This document shows, one piece after another, positions 37,608 to 50,241 of a DNA stretch of 64,000 nucleotides; the stretch's first letter is position 1, and every line of letters starts with the position of its first letter. Both the position numbers and the translations under genes were made by a program. Below the pieces are notes generated by a model. The model did no database searches and was not told the DNA's origin. It worked only from the letters and a program-made list of their open reading frames with translations. This DNA is from Okamejei kenojei (lineage: Eukaryota): assembly GCA_035221665.1 (NCBI GenBank), contig CM069154.1, positions 992,001-1,056,000 on the forward strand, written 5' to 3'.

Positions 37608-38530
37608 AAAGGGCCTGTCCCACTTGGGAGACCTCCACCGCGACCTCTGGTGACCTTAAGCAACTAAAAAAAATCAAGGTCGCGGTGACCTACGACCTTC
37701 CTCCACTATGTGTACAACCGCCTACGACTATGTTGAAGACCTCCCTCGACTATGAAAAAGACCTTCGTCTATGTTGAAGACTGGCTTCCACTATGTATGT
37801 TTTACTCGAGGATGGTCTCTGGCAAATTGGTCCATGAATGAGCACGACCCTATCCACCTCAGAGGCCCACACTGAAAACCACCAACGACCATTGACGAGT
37901 GTCTACTGCTCAAATGATCACCTGATAAAATAATGTAATGTCTGCCTTTTCTTCTCACTGAAAAATGCCTCCCAGGTTGTTTTTTTAATCATTCTGAACC
38001 ATGCAAGCAAGGAAGGAAGGAACTTTGGAGGATGTTAGTAAAAATACAACTACTGCTGTTTGCAGGAGCTCTTTTGCTTCAGCAGCCTTTTAAGAAAGGC
38101 AGAAGGGGAAGAGCAAGGGTGAAGAGGAAGCACAAGAAAATGTCTCAATGGGTGAATAGAGATGATGTGATGAACTGTCCCAGTACACCAGATGACTGGA
38201 AGAGAGTAGCGCTGGGTTTTGACAAAAGATGGAACTTTAAGCTAACATGTGGGGGAGTGGATGGCAAGCATGTCAATCTTGTCCCTGTCCCTGCACCCCT
38301 CATTTTCCTTTTCGTACAGGATGGCATTCTGCTGGAACCATTCCTCAAGTTCCCCTTCCTGCTGCCTGGTGAAGGTGTAGGGCATAACCTTCCTCCAGCC
38401 CTCCCTCACTACCAATGGGGCATCTGCCTCTGATGCTGTGTCAGACACAGGAGAAAGGGCTGCTTTGCTGTCTTCAAATGAAGATGGGGTGGTGATGGGG
38501 ACATACACTACCACCTAGTTTCCTTCCTCC
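37608..38530. mobile_element. PIF/Harbinger relic: left TIR + transposase fragment (+) + Myb/SANT-like fragment (-)
   Basis: AGGGCCTGTCCCACTT terminus; CPSTPDDWKRVALGFDKRWNFKLTCGGVDGKHV (first DDE Asp motif); opposite strand FTRQQEGELEEWFQQNAILYEK. Confidence 0.75.
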
Positions 38531-38544
38531 AGGGGTCAAGGGGG

Positions 38545-39538
38545 ACTGCCCTTGTTACGAGTGAGGGGATGAGGAGTGAGAGCAGAGTAACGGGGTTTAG
38601 CTATCTGGACACACCTCTTCCCACCTTGCTTCCTGTAAGGACTCCATCCCCTACTCCCAATTCCTTTGTCTACGCCGCAACTGCACCCAGGATGAGCTGT
38701 TTCACACCAGGGCATCGGAGATGTCCTCATTCTTCAGGGAAAGGGGGTTCCTCTCTTCTACCATAGATGGCGCTCTCACCAGGGTCTCTTCTATACCCCG
38801 TAACTCTGCTCTCTCTCCCCATCCTCCCACTCGTAACAAGGGCAGAGTCCCCCTTGTCCTCACCTTCCACCCTACCAGCCGTCACATACAACAAAGAATC
38901 CTCCGACATTTTCGCCACCTCCAACGTGATCCCACCACTTGCCACATCTTCCCATCTCGTCCCCTGTCTGCTTTCCGCAGAGACCGTTCCCTCCATAACT
39001 CCCTGGTCAATTCGTCCCTTCCCACCCAAACCATCCCCTCTCCGGGCACTTTCACCTGCACCTCCTCCAACCTCATCTATTGAATCTGTTGTAGATGTCA
39101 GTTGCTCTACATCGGTGAGACCAAGCGTAGGCTTGGCGATCGCTTCGCTGAACATCTCCGCTCGGTTCGCAATAACCAACCTGATCTCCCGGTGGCGCAG
39201 CACTTCCCCTCCCATTCCGAATCCGACCTTTCTGTAATGGGCCTCCTCCATGGCCAGAGTGAGGACCACCGTAAATTGGAGGAGCAGCATCTCATATTTC
39301 GCTTGGGCAGTTTGCATCCCAGCGGTATGAACATTGACATCTCTCCCTCAGCCCTCTGGCTCCACCTTTTCCTTTCTTTCGACCACCTCCCCACCCCCCC
39401 CCATCAGTGTGAAGAAGGGTTTTGACCCGAATCGTTGCCTATTTCCTTCGCTCCATAGATGCTGCCTCACCCGCTGAGTTTCTCCAGCATTTTTCCCTAC
39501 CTTTGATTTTCCAGCATCTGCAGTTCCTTCTTAAACAA
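38545..39538 (+). mobile_element. Penelope-like element 3' part (RT thumb/linker, GIY-YIG endonuclease, terminal repeat)
   Basis: FRERGF...RVPLVLTFHP...ILRHFRHL; LYIGETKRRLGDRFAEHLRSV...EQHLIFRLGSLHPSGMN; followed by the hammerhead-bearing terminal repeat. Confidence 0.9.
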
Positions 39539-40499
39539 TATAGAAAGTGTTGGGCATGAGAAATTGTACAAATCTTTGCTGGACAAGCTGAACTGTTTCC
39601 CTCACAATATAAACTTGGCTAAATTAAGAAGAATATCTTTGTCCCTCAGACAATCATTGCAGTTGCCAATTCCTAACCAGTTAGAAAAGCTCTGAAGATA
39701 TCTTTGATCTTCTCTATGGTCAATTAATACAATTTCCTGTCCAGAACTGGCTGTTGCAAAATTTCCAGATAATGGAGGGATCAGGGGAGGTAATAATAGT
39801 TAGTTGGATTTCGTCAAGATACTTGTGAACCTTGCATGTTATTTTGGATGATGTTACTAAGAGGTCTCTGGGAAATGCCAAAGGTAATGGTTAGAGAGCG
39901 GTAAAGAAATCAGAGAAATTAAGTGTTTGTCAATAACCTGGTAGAAGAGAGAGAATTTAAATCAGGTGAGAGATAGTTGCTAAATTATCAACTTGCATAT
40001 TAGTTATGTAGTCCGTATGAAATGTGATTTTAACACTTCATATAACACACATGAATTATGATGGTCATGACGGTCAAAAAGACAATTATAATGAACTATA
40101 CTTTAAGATGATGTTTCCAAATTTTTGATTCAATAATAAGAAGAAGTGATTATATGTCCAAGGCAAGATGATGTCAAACTTGGTGCCACAGGGAGGTGAT
40201 TTGTTCCTGTACATCTATTGTGCAGATCTGCGAGTTGCTGCAGGTGAAGTCTTGGGAACTGTATGCAAAGTTATGGGAGGTGGACAGAGATGAAGTTTGT
40301 ATGCCTTGGCCTAAAAGTTCATGAGAATTTTGCAGGTGAACAGACTTGTTGTTTTTAGGTAGTGAAGAACTACAAATGTTTTGGGAATTGCTATTGTACA
40401 ATACCCAACTTCTGATTTACTGATTTGCTGCTCTGTTGTTTATTGTCAATGATCATGTCCATATTATTGTTCATGATGAATACAATGATTATACTGCTA

Positions 40500-41672
40500 T
40501 TATACAATAGTTCAGTGAAAGTGACAACACAGGTCAATAGGGTGGTGAAGAAGGCGCATGACTTGCCTTCTCCAATCAGAGCATTGAACATACATGTTTG
40601 GATGTTATCTTGGCAGCTTTACAAGCCACAGGTTTGGGCCATACTTGGAGTATTATGTGCAGTTCTGGTCACCACACGATAGGAAGAATGTGGTTGAGAT
40701 CATACGGTCACAATTGATAGAAGTACAATTAGGCCTTTCAGCCCATCAAAGTAACATTAGCAAATTTGCAGATGACAAAAAGCTGGGTGGCAGCGTGAAC
40801 TGTGAGGATGATGCTATGAGAATGCAGGGTGACTTGGACAGGTTGGGGGAGTGGGCGGATGCATGGCAGATGAAGTTTAATGTGGATAAATGTCAGGTTA
40901 TCCACTTTGGTACCAAAAACAGGAAGGCAGATTACTATCTAAATGGCGTCAAGTTGGGAAAAGGGGAAGTACAACGGGATCTGGGGGTCCTTGTTCATCA
41001 GTCTATGAAAGTAAGCATGCAGTTACAGCAGGCAGTGAAGAAAGCGAATGGCATGTTGCCTTTATAACAAGAGGCGTCGAGTATAGGAGCAAAGAGGTCC
41101 TTCTGCAGTTGTACAGGGCCCTAGTGAGACCACACCTAGAGTAGGTCACACCTAGAAGGACATTCTTGCTATTGAGGGAGTGCAGCGTAGGTTTACAAGG
41201 TTTATTCCCGGGATGGCGGGACTCATAAGGTGGGAGAATGGAGCGGCTGGGCTTGTACACTCTGGAGTTTAGAAGGATGAGAGGGGATCTTATTGAAACA
41301 TATAAGATTGTTAAGGGTTTGGACACGCTAAGAGGCAGGAAACATGTTCCCGATGTTGGGGGAGCCCAGAAGTAGAGGCCACAGTTTAAGAATAAGGGGT
41401 AAGCCATTTAGAGCGGAGATGAGGAAACACTTTTTCTCACAGAGAGTTGTGAGTCTGTGGAATTCTCTGCCTCAGAAGGCAGTGGAAGCCGGTTCTATGG
41501 ATACTTGCAAGAGACAGCTAGATAGGGCTCTTAAAGATAGCGGAGTCAGGGGATATGGGGAGAAGGCAGGAATGGGATACTGATTGGGGATGATCTGCCA
41601 TGATCACATAGAATGGCGGTGCTGGCTCGAAGAGCCGAATGGCCTACTCCTGCACCTATTGTCTATTGTCTG
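40500..41672 (+). mobile_element. CR1 3' part
   Basis: SKFADDKKLGG, WQMKFNVDKC, LVRPHLE, SRGHSLRI; (CTATTGT)n tail. Confidence 0.9.
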
Positions 41673-42179
41673 TCAACCCCGCCATTCAATCATGGCTGAT
41701 CAATCTCTCCCTCCTAACCCCATCTCCTACCTTCTCCCCATAACCTCTTGACACCTGTACTAATCAGGAATCTATCTATCCAAGCTATTTACTATTCTGT
41801 ATGTTTCAATGAAGTCCCCCCTCATGAGGTCCCCCCTCATGACTCCGGACTGTCAAAGCTGCCACAGCCAGACATAAAAACAGTTTTTATCCACGAGTAG
41901 TTGCTCTACTCAACAGCCAAAAATCTGTAGCCTCCCTTTGATCTGGTATTTTGTTGGTTCACATGCTTGATCAATGGTGTTTTATCATGAATGTTTTATT
42001 ATTATAAATGTTTAGTTTTCGGAGTCATTCGTAACTGTCACTGTATGTCATGTTGTTACTTGTGGGCGGAGCACCAAGGCAAACTCCTTGTATGTGAATA
42101 CTTCACCAATAAACTTATTTACTTACTTCTTCTCAACTCCCACGAGTACAGGGTCAGTGCCGACAAACGCTCATCGTAG

Positions 42180-42752
42180 GTTAACCTATGCTGTTAGTCT
42201 TTTCACTTTTTTTTATTCTTAGTTAGTTAAAAGTGTTTGTTTTGGAAGTCTTTTAGTCTTTTTATGTGGGGGGTGGGAGGGGGGGAAAGGGGGAAACTAT
42301 TTTCCCCAGTACCTACCTGGTTGGAGATGCGGCTTTTCTCCGGGCTGTGTTTTCGCCCCTTCCTCGCGGCCTACCAACAGTCTGGAGCGGCGTTTTCCTG
42401 CCGGGACTGGCTGGGACCGACGGGGAGGAGGCGGCCGCCCCAGACACTCCGGGCCGCTGAGAGTGTTCACCCGACGCCAGAACTTCATCATCCGGCGAGA
42501 GGGCCTGAAGCATCGGGCTGCCGTAGCGGCAACTGCGGAGGCCTCAATAGGCCCGACGATGGGTGAACTGGGGATGGGACTGGACTTTGCTGCCTTCCCC
42601 ACAGTGGGAACCATTGTGGGGGGATGTTCTTATGTTTACTGTTAAATTTCTTGATGTGTTTTATCTTTATTTGTGTGCTGCATGGCAAGTCAAATTTCAC
42701 TACACCAATTGGTGTATGTGATAATAAGTGTCCTTTATCCTTTGTCCTTTGT
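42180..42752 (+). mobile_element. Non-autonomous GC-rich retroelement (same family as 30949)
   Basis: T-rich 5' part, GGGGGAAACT motif, 3' hairpins, (TGTCCTT)n tail. Confidence 0.7.
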
Positions 42753-44008
42753 CCTCTCATTCCTGGGATCATTCTTGTAACCTCCCCTGGACCCTCTCCA
42801 GAGCCAGCACATTCTTCCTCAGATATGCTGCCCAAAATTGCTCATATTCCAAATGCGGCCTTACCAGCGCATTATAGAGTCTCAGCATTACATCCCTGTT
42901 TTTGTATACAAGCCCTCTTGAAATAACTTCTAGCATTGAGTTTGCTTTCTTTACTACATATTCGACTTGCAGAGTCCCTTTGCACCTCCTATTTCCAGAT
43001 TCTCTCCCCTTTTAGAAAATAGTCTTTGCCTTTATTCCTGCTACCAAAATGCACCACACTTTGCTATACTATATTCCATCTGCCAATTCTCTGCCCACTC
43101 TCCCAACCTGACCTTCTGCAGAGCCCCTGCTTTCTCTCCACTACCTGCCCTTCCACCTTTTGTCATATCATCCGCAAATGTCCACAAAACCGTCAATCCC
43201 CTCGTGAAAATCATTAATATACAATGAAGCGTAGCGGCCCCAGCCCCAGTTGCACAGGAAACAATATCAACGTAATTCACCAGGATGTTGATGTCTGGAC
43301 CGTGCTATTTGTGTGCCATCTGTGCACTGGGTAGCTACAACAAGCATGCTCGCCTCCCATCGGGACCCTTGTTCAGACTGATTGTAAGGGGGAGGGGAGG
43401 GAGAGGGAAAGGGAAGCTAGAAGAGAGGAGGGTAGGACAAAGCATGACACGTAATAGGGAAATACAGGTAAGGAAGGGTTTTGATTTACAGGTGGTTGGA
43501 CAAAGGCCAGAGATGAAAAGGCAGAAGGTGTAAGACAAAGGGATTGAAGAATTGCGAATTGTGAAGCTAGAGATAGAAGGGGAGGGGGAAGGGAGAAAGA
43601 GGTGCTGGTCCAGATGTGGCACTTGGATGGGGGTGAGGGGGAGGGGGGGAGGATGGAGAGGGTGTGGTTGGTGTTTACTTAAAGTTGGAGCATTCAATGT
43701 TCATACCGTTGGGTTGTAACCTACCCAAGCTTGCATCCAATGGTATGAACATTCTCCCCTACATCCCCCGCCCTTTCCACCCTCCCCTGTGCCCCACCTG
43801 GTTATCCGAGTTACTCCATCACGTTGTGTCTTTTTTTTGTAAACCAGCATCTGCAGTTCCTTGTTTCTAAGGTTAAACTAATGATACTTAAAACATCTTA
43901 ACAGTTTTTCATGATGAAAGTTTACTCACCTGAAACATTAATTTTCTACACATGTGAATTAGTCTTTATTATTATTTATGTTACCACTAATAATTTCATG
44001 TATGTCAG

Positions 44009-44113
44009 AAGGGAGCTGCCTACTGCCGTTGTATGAGATGCGACTGCTGGGAGAGTCAGAGACGAGCAAAAGACAGAGTCCACGGCCAATTGTCAGCAGC
44101 AACATTGTGACAT
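44009..44113 (+). CDS. PFKFB2: PFKFB2 candidate N-terminal exon (105 nt, phase 1-1; internal ATG at 44038)
   Basis: Open frame EGSCLLPLYEMRLLGESETSKRQSPRPIVSSNIVT; T|gtaact donor joins to CA to give S-WASHM, like mammalian SWASYM. Splice sites are only moderate. Confidence 0.45.
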
Positions 44114-44261
44114 GTAACTAACAGGAGGGTTGGGGTCTTTGGGATAGGGGAGGTGGGACGGGTCGGGACCCTCCTTCTGACTGGGTCTGGTATAAACCAG
44201 CACCTGCCGTTACTTTTTTTTACACTGGATTAGCATAATTTGGTTTGTCCTGGCTACCTAA

Positions 44262-44580
44262 ACCCCCTGTCCCAGGGTACGAGTTTATTCCAAGAGTTCT
44301 CCCGAGTTTGCCCTGATTCAAACTCGGAGATTTACGGTAATGGCCCCTCGTCGGTACTCGGGGCTCTCGTGGGTATTTTTTATCATGTTGAAAAATCTTC
44401 ACGAGTCTTCCCGTGCTTCCCTGCCGTTAGTGAGTCTTCCCGAGTACCTGCCGTTAGCGCTAAGAGACATCCCCGAGCTCCGACGCACCCGCTACGTTCA
44501 TTCTCTGTGCTTACCGCGAGCTTGATTTTTTTTAAACTCGGGAGAGCTCTTGGAATGAACTCGTACCGTGGGACAGGGCT
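44262..44580. mobile_element. Harbinger-type MITE with long TIRs
   Basis: CCCTGTCCCA..GTACGAGTT.ATTCCAAGAG.TCTCCCGAGTTT and its reverse complement at the right end. Confidence 0.8.
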
Positions 44581-44635
44581 ATAATCCAGCAATACTCTCG
44601 AACCGAAAAAAGGTTCGGACCTTTGGGATCACCAC

Positions 44636-45102
44636 TATAGCGAGACCAGTCAGGTTGAGTTAAGGGCCTGTCCCACTTTCATGACCTAATTCACAACCTT
44701 TTTTACTCGTGGACATTTTTCATCAAGCTAGAAAAACGCCCCGACCTACTTGATGCCACGAGTACCTACAACTAGCATCACGACCTACCTATGACCTACC
44801 TACGACCTCCTACGACCTCGTGACGACCATGCTGCGAGTATGAGTCAAGTGCAAACATGGCATAGGTCGTGAAAGTGGGACAGGCCCTTTAAGTAGTTTT
44901 TATTGGCAACAACAAACGGAAACTAAACTCGGTAACATGCGTGCCTGTCTAGCTAATACGAAAATAGCTCCTGTTGCTGAGAGGAGAGCTGACAACTGAC
45001 TGGAAAGCCCGCAAACGAATCCCCTCGATCACGTGATCGAGCCAACCATGATCGTGATCGAGGAGAGTTCTCACCTCCCCAAACCACCACTAGGTACCGC
45101 TA
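44636..45102 (-). mobile_element. Probable LTR (interrupted by the MITE) followed by a PBS-like sequence
   Basis: Minus strand TGTAGCG...AATAAA...CGCTATA, then TGGTGATCCC (tRNA-Trp PBS-like, one mismatch). Confidence 0.4.
44663..44889. mobile_element. Harbinger-type MITE
   Basis: AGGGCCTGTCCCACTTTCATGACCTA / TAGGTCGTGAAAGTGGGACAGGCCCT. Confidence 0.85.
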
Positions 45103-45180
45103 CACCTTTATTATAATGCTGCGAATGAAATGGGCGCGCATTTTTCACACTTATTTTTCCCCTTTTCAATCACCATTTAA

Positions 45181-45351
<171 letters not shown>

Positions 45352-45814
45352 TAAACCCTTGCAATAATAGACCAGTGGTAGGGGGGGAATTGTGTCCGTT
45401 ATTGCCGACTGTCTGCTATAAATGAGTGAGGGGGGGTAAAGTTTAACCCAAGGTCGGGAGGGAGGATACGCGGCATGGGGGGTAAACAAGCAGGAATTCA
45501 GCGGCCGGGGAGCTCTCTCTCTCTCTCTCTCTCTCTCCCCTCCCGCAACCAGAAACCCCACACGATCTGCGCCAAGGATGGGTCCGGTAATCACGTCTCC
45601 TCCATGCTGCTCTCTCTCTCTGTCTCTCCCTCCCGCAACCAGAAGCACACCATGGCGTCAGCTCATCGGGAACCATGGCGGATGTGCACTGATCTCTCTA
45701 ATTAATACATGGGGATTTATAGATAATAGATATCTTTTATTTGATAATTAACATTGCTTCATTTGACTTTGTAGCTTTGATATTTATGATTATATTCTCC
45801 CCTCCCTACCCCCC

Positions 45815-46360
45815 TGACCCGTTGGGCCCCGTTCCCCCAACACAATATTCCACCACTGACCCGTTCCCCCAACACAATATTCCACCACTCACCCACAGCC
45901 CCCAACTGCGCAGGCATAGTTCATTTCCCCTCATCCCCCAACACTCCCTCCCCCTCCGCTTCACCCTCCCTCTTCTCTACCCTCTCCCACTTCTTACAAC
46001 AATGTAACAAATCTCTCATTGCACTGTTGACAGGCAGTTTATGTAAATTAGATCCTATTGTGACATCATACCTGTAACTGCCACTGCAACTTCAAGTCAT
46101 TTTTTTTCAAAGCGGGGTTTTGTAAATTTAAAAATGTGAATAACTTGCAAAATATAACATAAATCTGAACAAAACTTGATACACCACATGCACAGACAAT
46201 GGTGAATAAGATGGGCCAAATATTGTAGCGCTATCGTGTACCGTTTTGCCGTAATTCAAGGCATGACTACGCATGCAAACACACAGATAGGCACACAACT
46301 GACAGACTCACAAACAAACAAGATGAGAGTTTTAGTAATATATAGTAATATATAGATAGA
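45815..46360 (-). mobile_element. Possible non-autonomous Helitron-like element
   Basis: Minus strand begins ATCTATATATTACT..., has an internal CA-rich microsatellite, and a GGGCCCAACGGGTC hairpin-like remnant at the other end; no terminal CTAG seen. Confidence 0.4.
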
Positions 46361-46409
46361 TAGATGATACTATTTCTGAATATTAAAAGCCTGAAACTCA
46401 CACTTAAAA

Positions 46410-47120
46410 TCCACCGGGCGGCACTGTCAGCCGACGGTCTGTCTGCCTTTTTGTCTTTTTTTGTTATTTTTAGTGTGTTTTTAAGGTTTGTGTTAATGTT
46501 CTCTGGTTTGTTTTATATGGAGAGAGGGGGTCGGGGGAAACTTTTTCTCAATCTCTTACCTTGCCGGAGATGCGATTGTTTTCCGGATCGTATCTCCGGT
46601 CGCTCTGTGGCCAACATCATGGAGCTGATGGCCTTGCTCGAGACTGATTTGAGCCCCACCGCGTGGCTGTGGACTTGCCTGGGATCGACCGGCCTGCGGA
46701 TTTCACCGTCAAGGAGCTTGCAGTCTCGGGTAGAAACCGATGTCAGCAAGCTCCAAAGTCGCAGAAGGTTTGACCAACCCTGGCTCTGGGTCCGATCGCC
46801 CGGCGCGGGGGAGCTGAGATCCTCCTGATGAGGGATCTTGATCGCCCCGAGGCGGGGGGCCCGAATGCCGGCTACGGGAGCCAAGGTTGTCCCGACAATG
46901 GAATGTTCAAGGCCCCCGAACGCGGGAGAACAAAGGGAAGAGATTGAACTTTCTTTTTCACCTTCCATCACAGTGAGGAATGTGGAGGAGTCACTGTGAT
47001 GGATGTATATATTAAAATGTATTTTATGTGGTTTGTTGCTTTTTATTGGTATGACTGTATGGCAAGTCAAATTGCTCGTATGTTGCAAAACATACTTGGT
47101 TAATAAAGTATGATTATGAT
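46410..47120 (+). mobile_element. Non-autonomous GC-rich retroelement (same family as 30949)
   Basis: GGCGGCACTG 5' end, 3' hairpins, AATAAA + (TATGAT)n tail. Confidence 0.7.
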
Positions 47121-47621
47121 GAAAATTGCCAGACCTTTTAAATGGAACTTCACAGTTGTTCATGGTGTTGTCCATGGTGAATGCAGCACCTTCACCTCTG
47201 CTCTGCCACACCCCTTTTCAATAGCCATCCACTCTCGGGCAATGCGTTCGGCTAGTTACTATATTCCATTAAACATATCAATAGACAATAGGTGCAGGAG
47301 TAGGCCATTCGACCCTTTGAGCCAGCACCGTCATTCAATGTGATCATGGCTGATTGTCCATAATCAGTACCACGTTCCTGCCTTCTCCCCATATCCCTTG
47401 GCTCCATTATCTTTAAGAGCTCTATCTAACTCTCTTGAAAGCATCCAGAGATGGCTTTCACCGCCCTCTGAGGCAGAGAATTCCACAGACTCACAACTCT
47501 CTGTGTGAAAACGTATTTCATCATCTCTGTTCTAAATGGATTACCCCTTATTCTTAAACTGTAGCCCCTGGTTCTGGACTCCCCAACATCAGGAACATGT
47601 TTCCTGCCTCCAAACTGAGCG

Positions 47622-48570
47622 TGGCTGTACTCACTCTATTCTCATGACTGCGTAGCCGGTCATAGTGCGAACTCCATCATCAAGTTCGCTGACGATACCA
47701 CTGTTGTGGGACTTTTCACTGATGGGGACAAGTCAGAGTACAGAAGTGAGATCGACCGACTGACCAAATGGTGCCAGCACAATAACCTGGCCCTCAACAC
47801 CAGCAAAACCAAGGAACTGATTGTGGACTTTAGAAGGGGGAGGATGGGGACCCACAGTCCCGTTTATATCAATGGGTCGATGGTGTAAAGGATCAAGAGC
47901 TTCAAATTCCTGGCCGTGCATTTCTCTGAAGATATTTCCTGGTCCGAGAATGCAATCATAAAGAAAGCACATCAGCGCCTCTACTTCCTGAGAAGATTAC
48001 GGAGAGTCGGTATGTCAAGGAGGACTCTCTCTAACTTCTACAGGTGCACAGTAGAGAGCATGCTGACTGGTTGCATCATGGCTTGGTTCGGAAACTTGAG
48101 CGCCCTGGAACGAAAAGACTACAAAAAGTAGTAAACACTGCCCAGTCCATCATCGGCTCTGATCTCCCATCCATCGAGGGGATCTATCACAGTCGCGCCT
48201 CAAAAAGGCTGGAAGCATCATCAAGGACCCACACCATCCGGGCCATACACTCATCTCCCCACTACCTTCGGGCAGAAGGTACAGGAGCCTGAAAACTGCA
48301 ACGACCAGGTTCAGGAATAGCTACATCCCCACAGCCATCAGGCTATTAAACTCGGCTCGGACAAAACTGAACATTAATAGCCAATAATCTGTTTATTTGC
48401 ACTTTATCATTTTAATTATTCATGTGTGTATATATTTATACAATGGTATATGGACACACTGATCTGTCCTATATTCATGCCTACTACGTTCTGGTGTGCT
48501 TAAGCAAAGCATGAATTTCATTGTCCTATCAGGGACACATGACAATAAACTCTCTTGAACTCTTGAACTC
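47622..48570 (+). mobile_element. Rex-Babar LINE 3' half
   Basis: KFADD, WCQHNNLALNTSKTKELIVDF, KKAHQRLYFLRRL; 3' stem-loop + TGACAATAAA + (CTCTTGAA)n tail. Confidence 0.88.
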
Positions 48571-48574
48571 ATAA

Positions 48575-49220
48575 TAATCTTATATGTTTCAATAAGATCC
48601 CCTATCATCCTTCTAAATTCCAGAGTATACAAGCACTGCCGCTCCATTCTATCAATGTATGACAGTCCCGCCATCCTTGTGAACCTACGCTGCACTCCCT
48701 CAATAGCAAGAATGTCCTTCCTCAAATTTGGAGACCAAAACTGCACACAATACTCCAGGTGTGGTCTCACTAAGGCCCTGTACAACTGCAGAAGGATCTC
48801 TTTGCTCCTATACTCAACTCATCTTGTTATGAAGGCCAACATGCCTTTCGCTTTCTTCACTGCCTGCTGAACCTGCATGCTTACTTTCATTGACTGATGA
48901 ACAAGGAACCCCAGATCCCGTTGTACTTCCCCTTTTCCCAACTTGACACCATTTAGATAATAATCTGCCTTCCTGTTTTTGCCACCAAAGTGGATAACCT
49001 GACATTTATCCACATTAAACTGCATCTGCTATGCATCTGCCCACTCACCCATCATGCCCAAGTCACCCTGCATCTTCAGAGCATCCTACTCACAGTTCAC
49101 ACTGCCACCCAGCATTGTGTCATCTTCAAATTTGTTAATGTTACTTTTAATCCCTTCATCTAAAGCATTCACATAATTTGTAAATAGCTGTGGTCCCAGC
49201 ATTAAGCCTTGCAGTACCCC
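48575..49220 (-). mobile_element. CR1 fragment
   Basis: MQFNVDKCQVIHFG, LVRPHLEYCVQFWSP. Confidence 0.85.
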
Positions 49221-49271
49221 ACAATATCCAGCTCCATGTTGTTCTCCAATTGCTTATACCTTTCTCTTTGA

Positions 49272-49376
<105 letters not shown>

Positions 49377-50241
49377 TAAGCTAGTTTGTTTTGGTTCTGC
49401 AGGGTGTGTGACAACTTGTCAGAGTAGTTAGGAAATTAACAACCATTCCAGCAGGCTACAGACGTGCTACTGAAATCTCAGCCTCCCAGTTACCATATCT
49501 CGCACTCTGTGACTCCCGTTCCTCACCAACACTCGTCTGCTGTGTAGACCCAGTGTGTCAGGGATGAGAGTAGCGTCGCTCTCTGTGCTCACGTGACTTT
49601 ATTCATATATATGCCAGACTATTTAGCTGTCGGACTACAACTGAGTTTAATGTTATCACATGACATTCATAAATGCTATTCCAGCTATCATGCACATGGA
49701 TATGCAGAGAGTTGGGGGGGGGGGGGGGTGGAGGATGTAGATCACGTGCAGGCAGCGGAGATTAGTTTAATTCGGCATCATGTTCGGCACGGACAATGAT
49801 CCAAAGGGCCTGTTCATGTGCTGTACTGTTCCATGTAGTCACTTTCAGTGGGTAACTGGGTTCCTGGTGTGTTAGTTTATTCCATTGAGAAGATATATTG
49901 GTTTTGCATCTCAGCAGTTTCTATTTTCCATTGCAGTAACCATATAACCATATAACAATTACAGCACGGAAACAGGCCCTCTCGGCCCTTCCAGTCCGTG
50001 CCGACCATTTGTTTTCCCCTAGTCCCATCTACCTGCACTCAGACCATACCCCTCCATTCCCTCCAGTAACTTCCATCTCTGCAGTCAAGACACACACATT
50101 TAGTGTTGTTCCTGCTCTGTTTTTCCAAACATCTTTAACTATCTATTCATTTCTTATTCAATCACTCTCAAATATGATCCCTCATTTTTGATTAAAGTTT
50201 ATCCTTCTCTTTGCAATAGGTTGCTACCACCTGTGGCTTCT

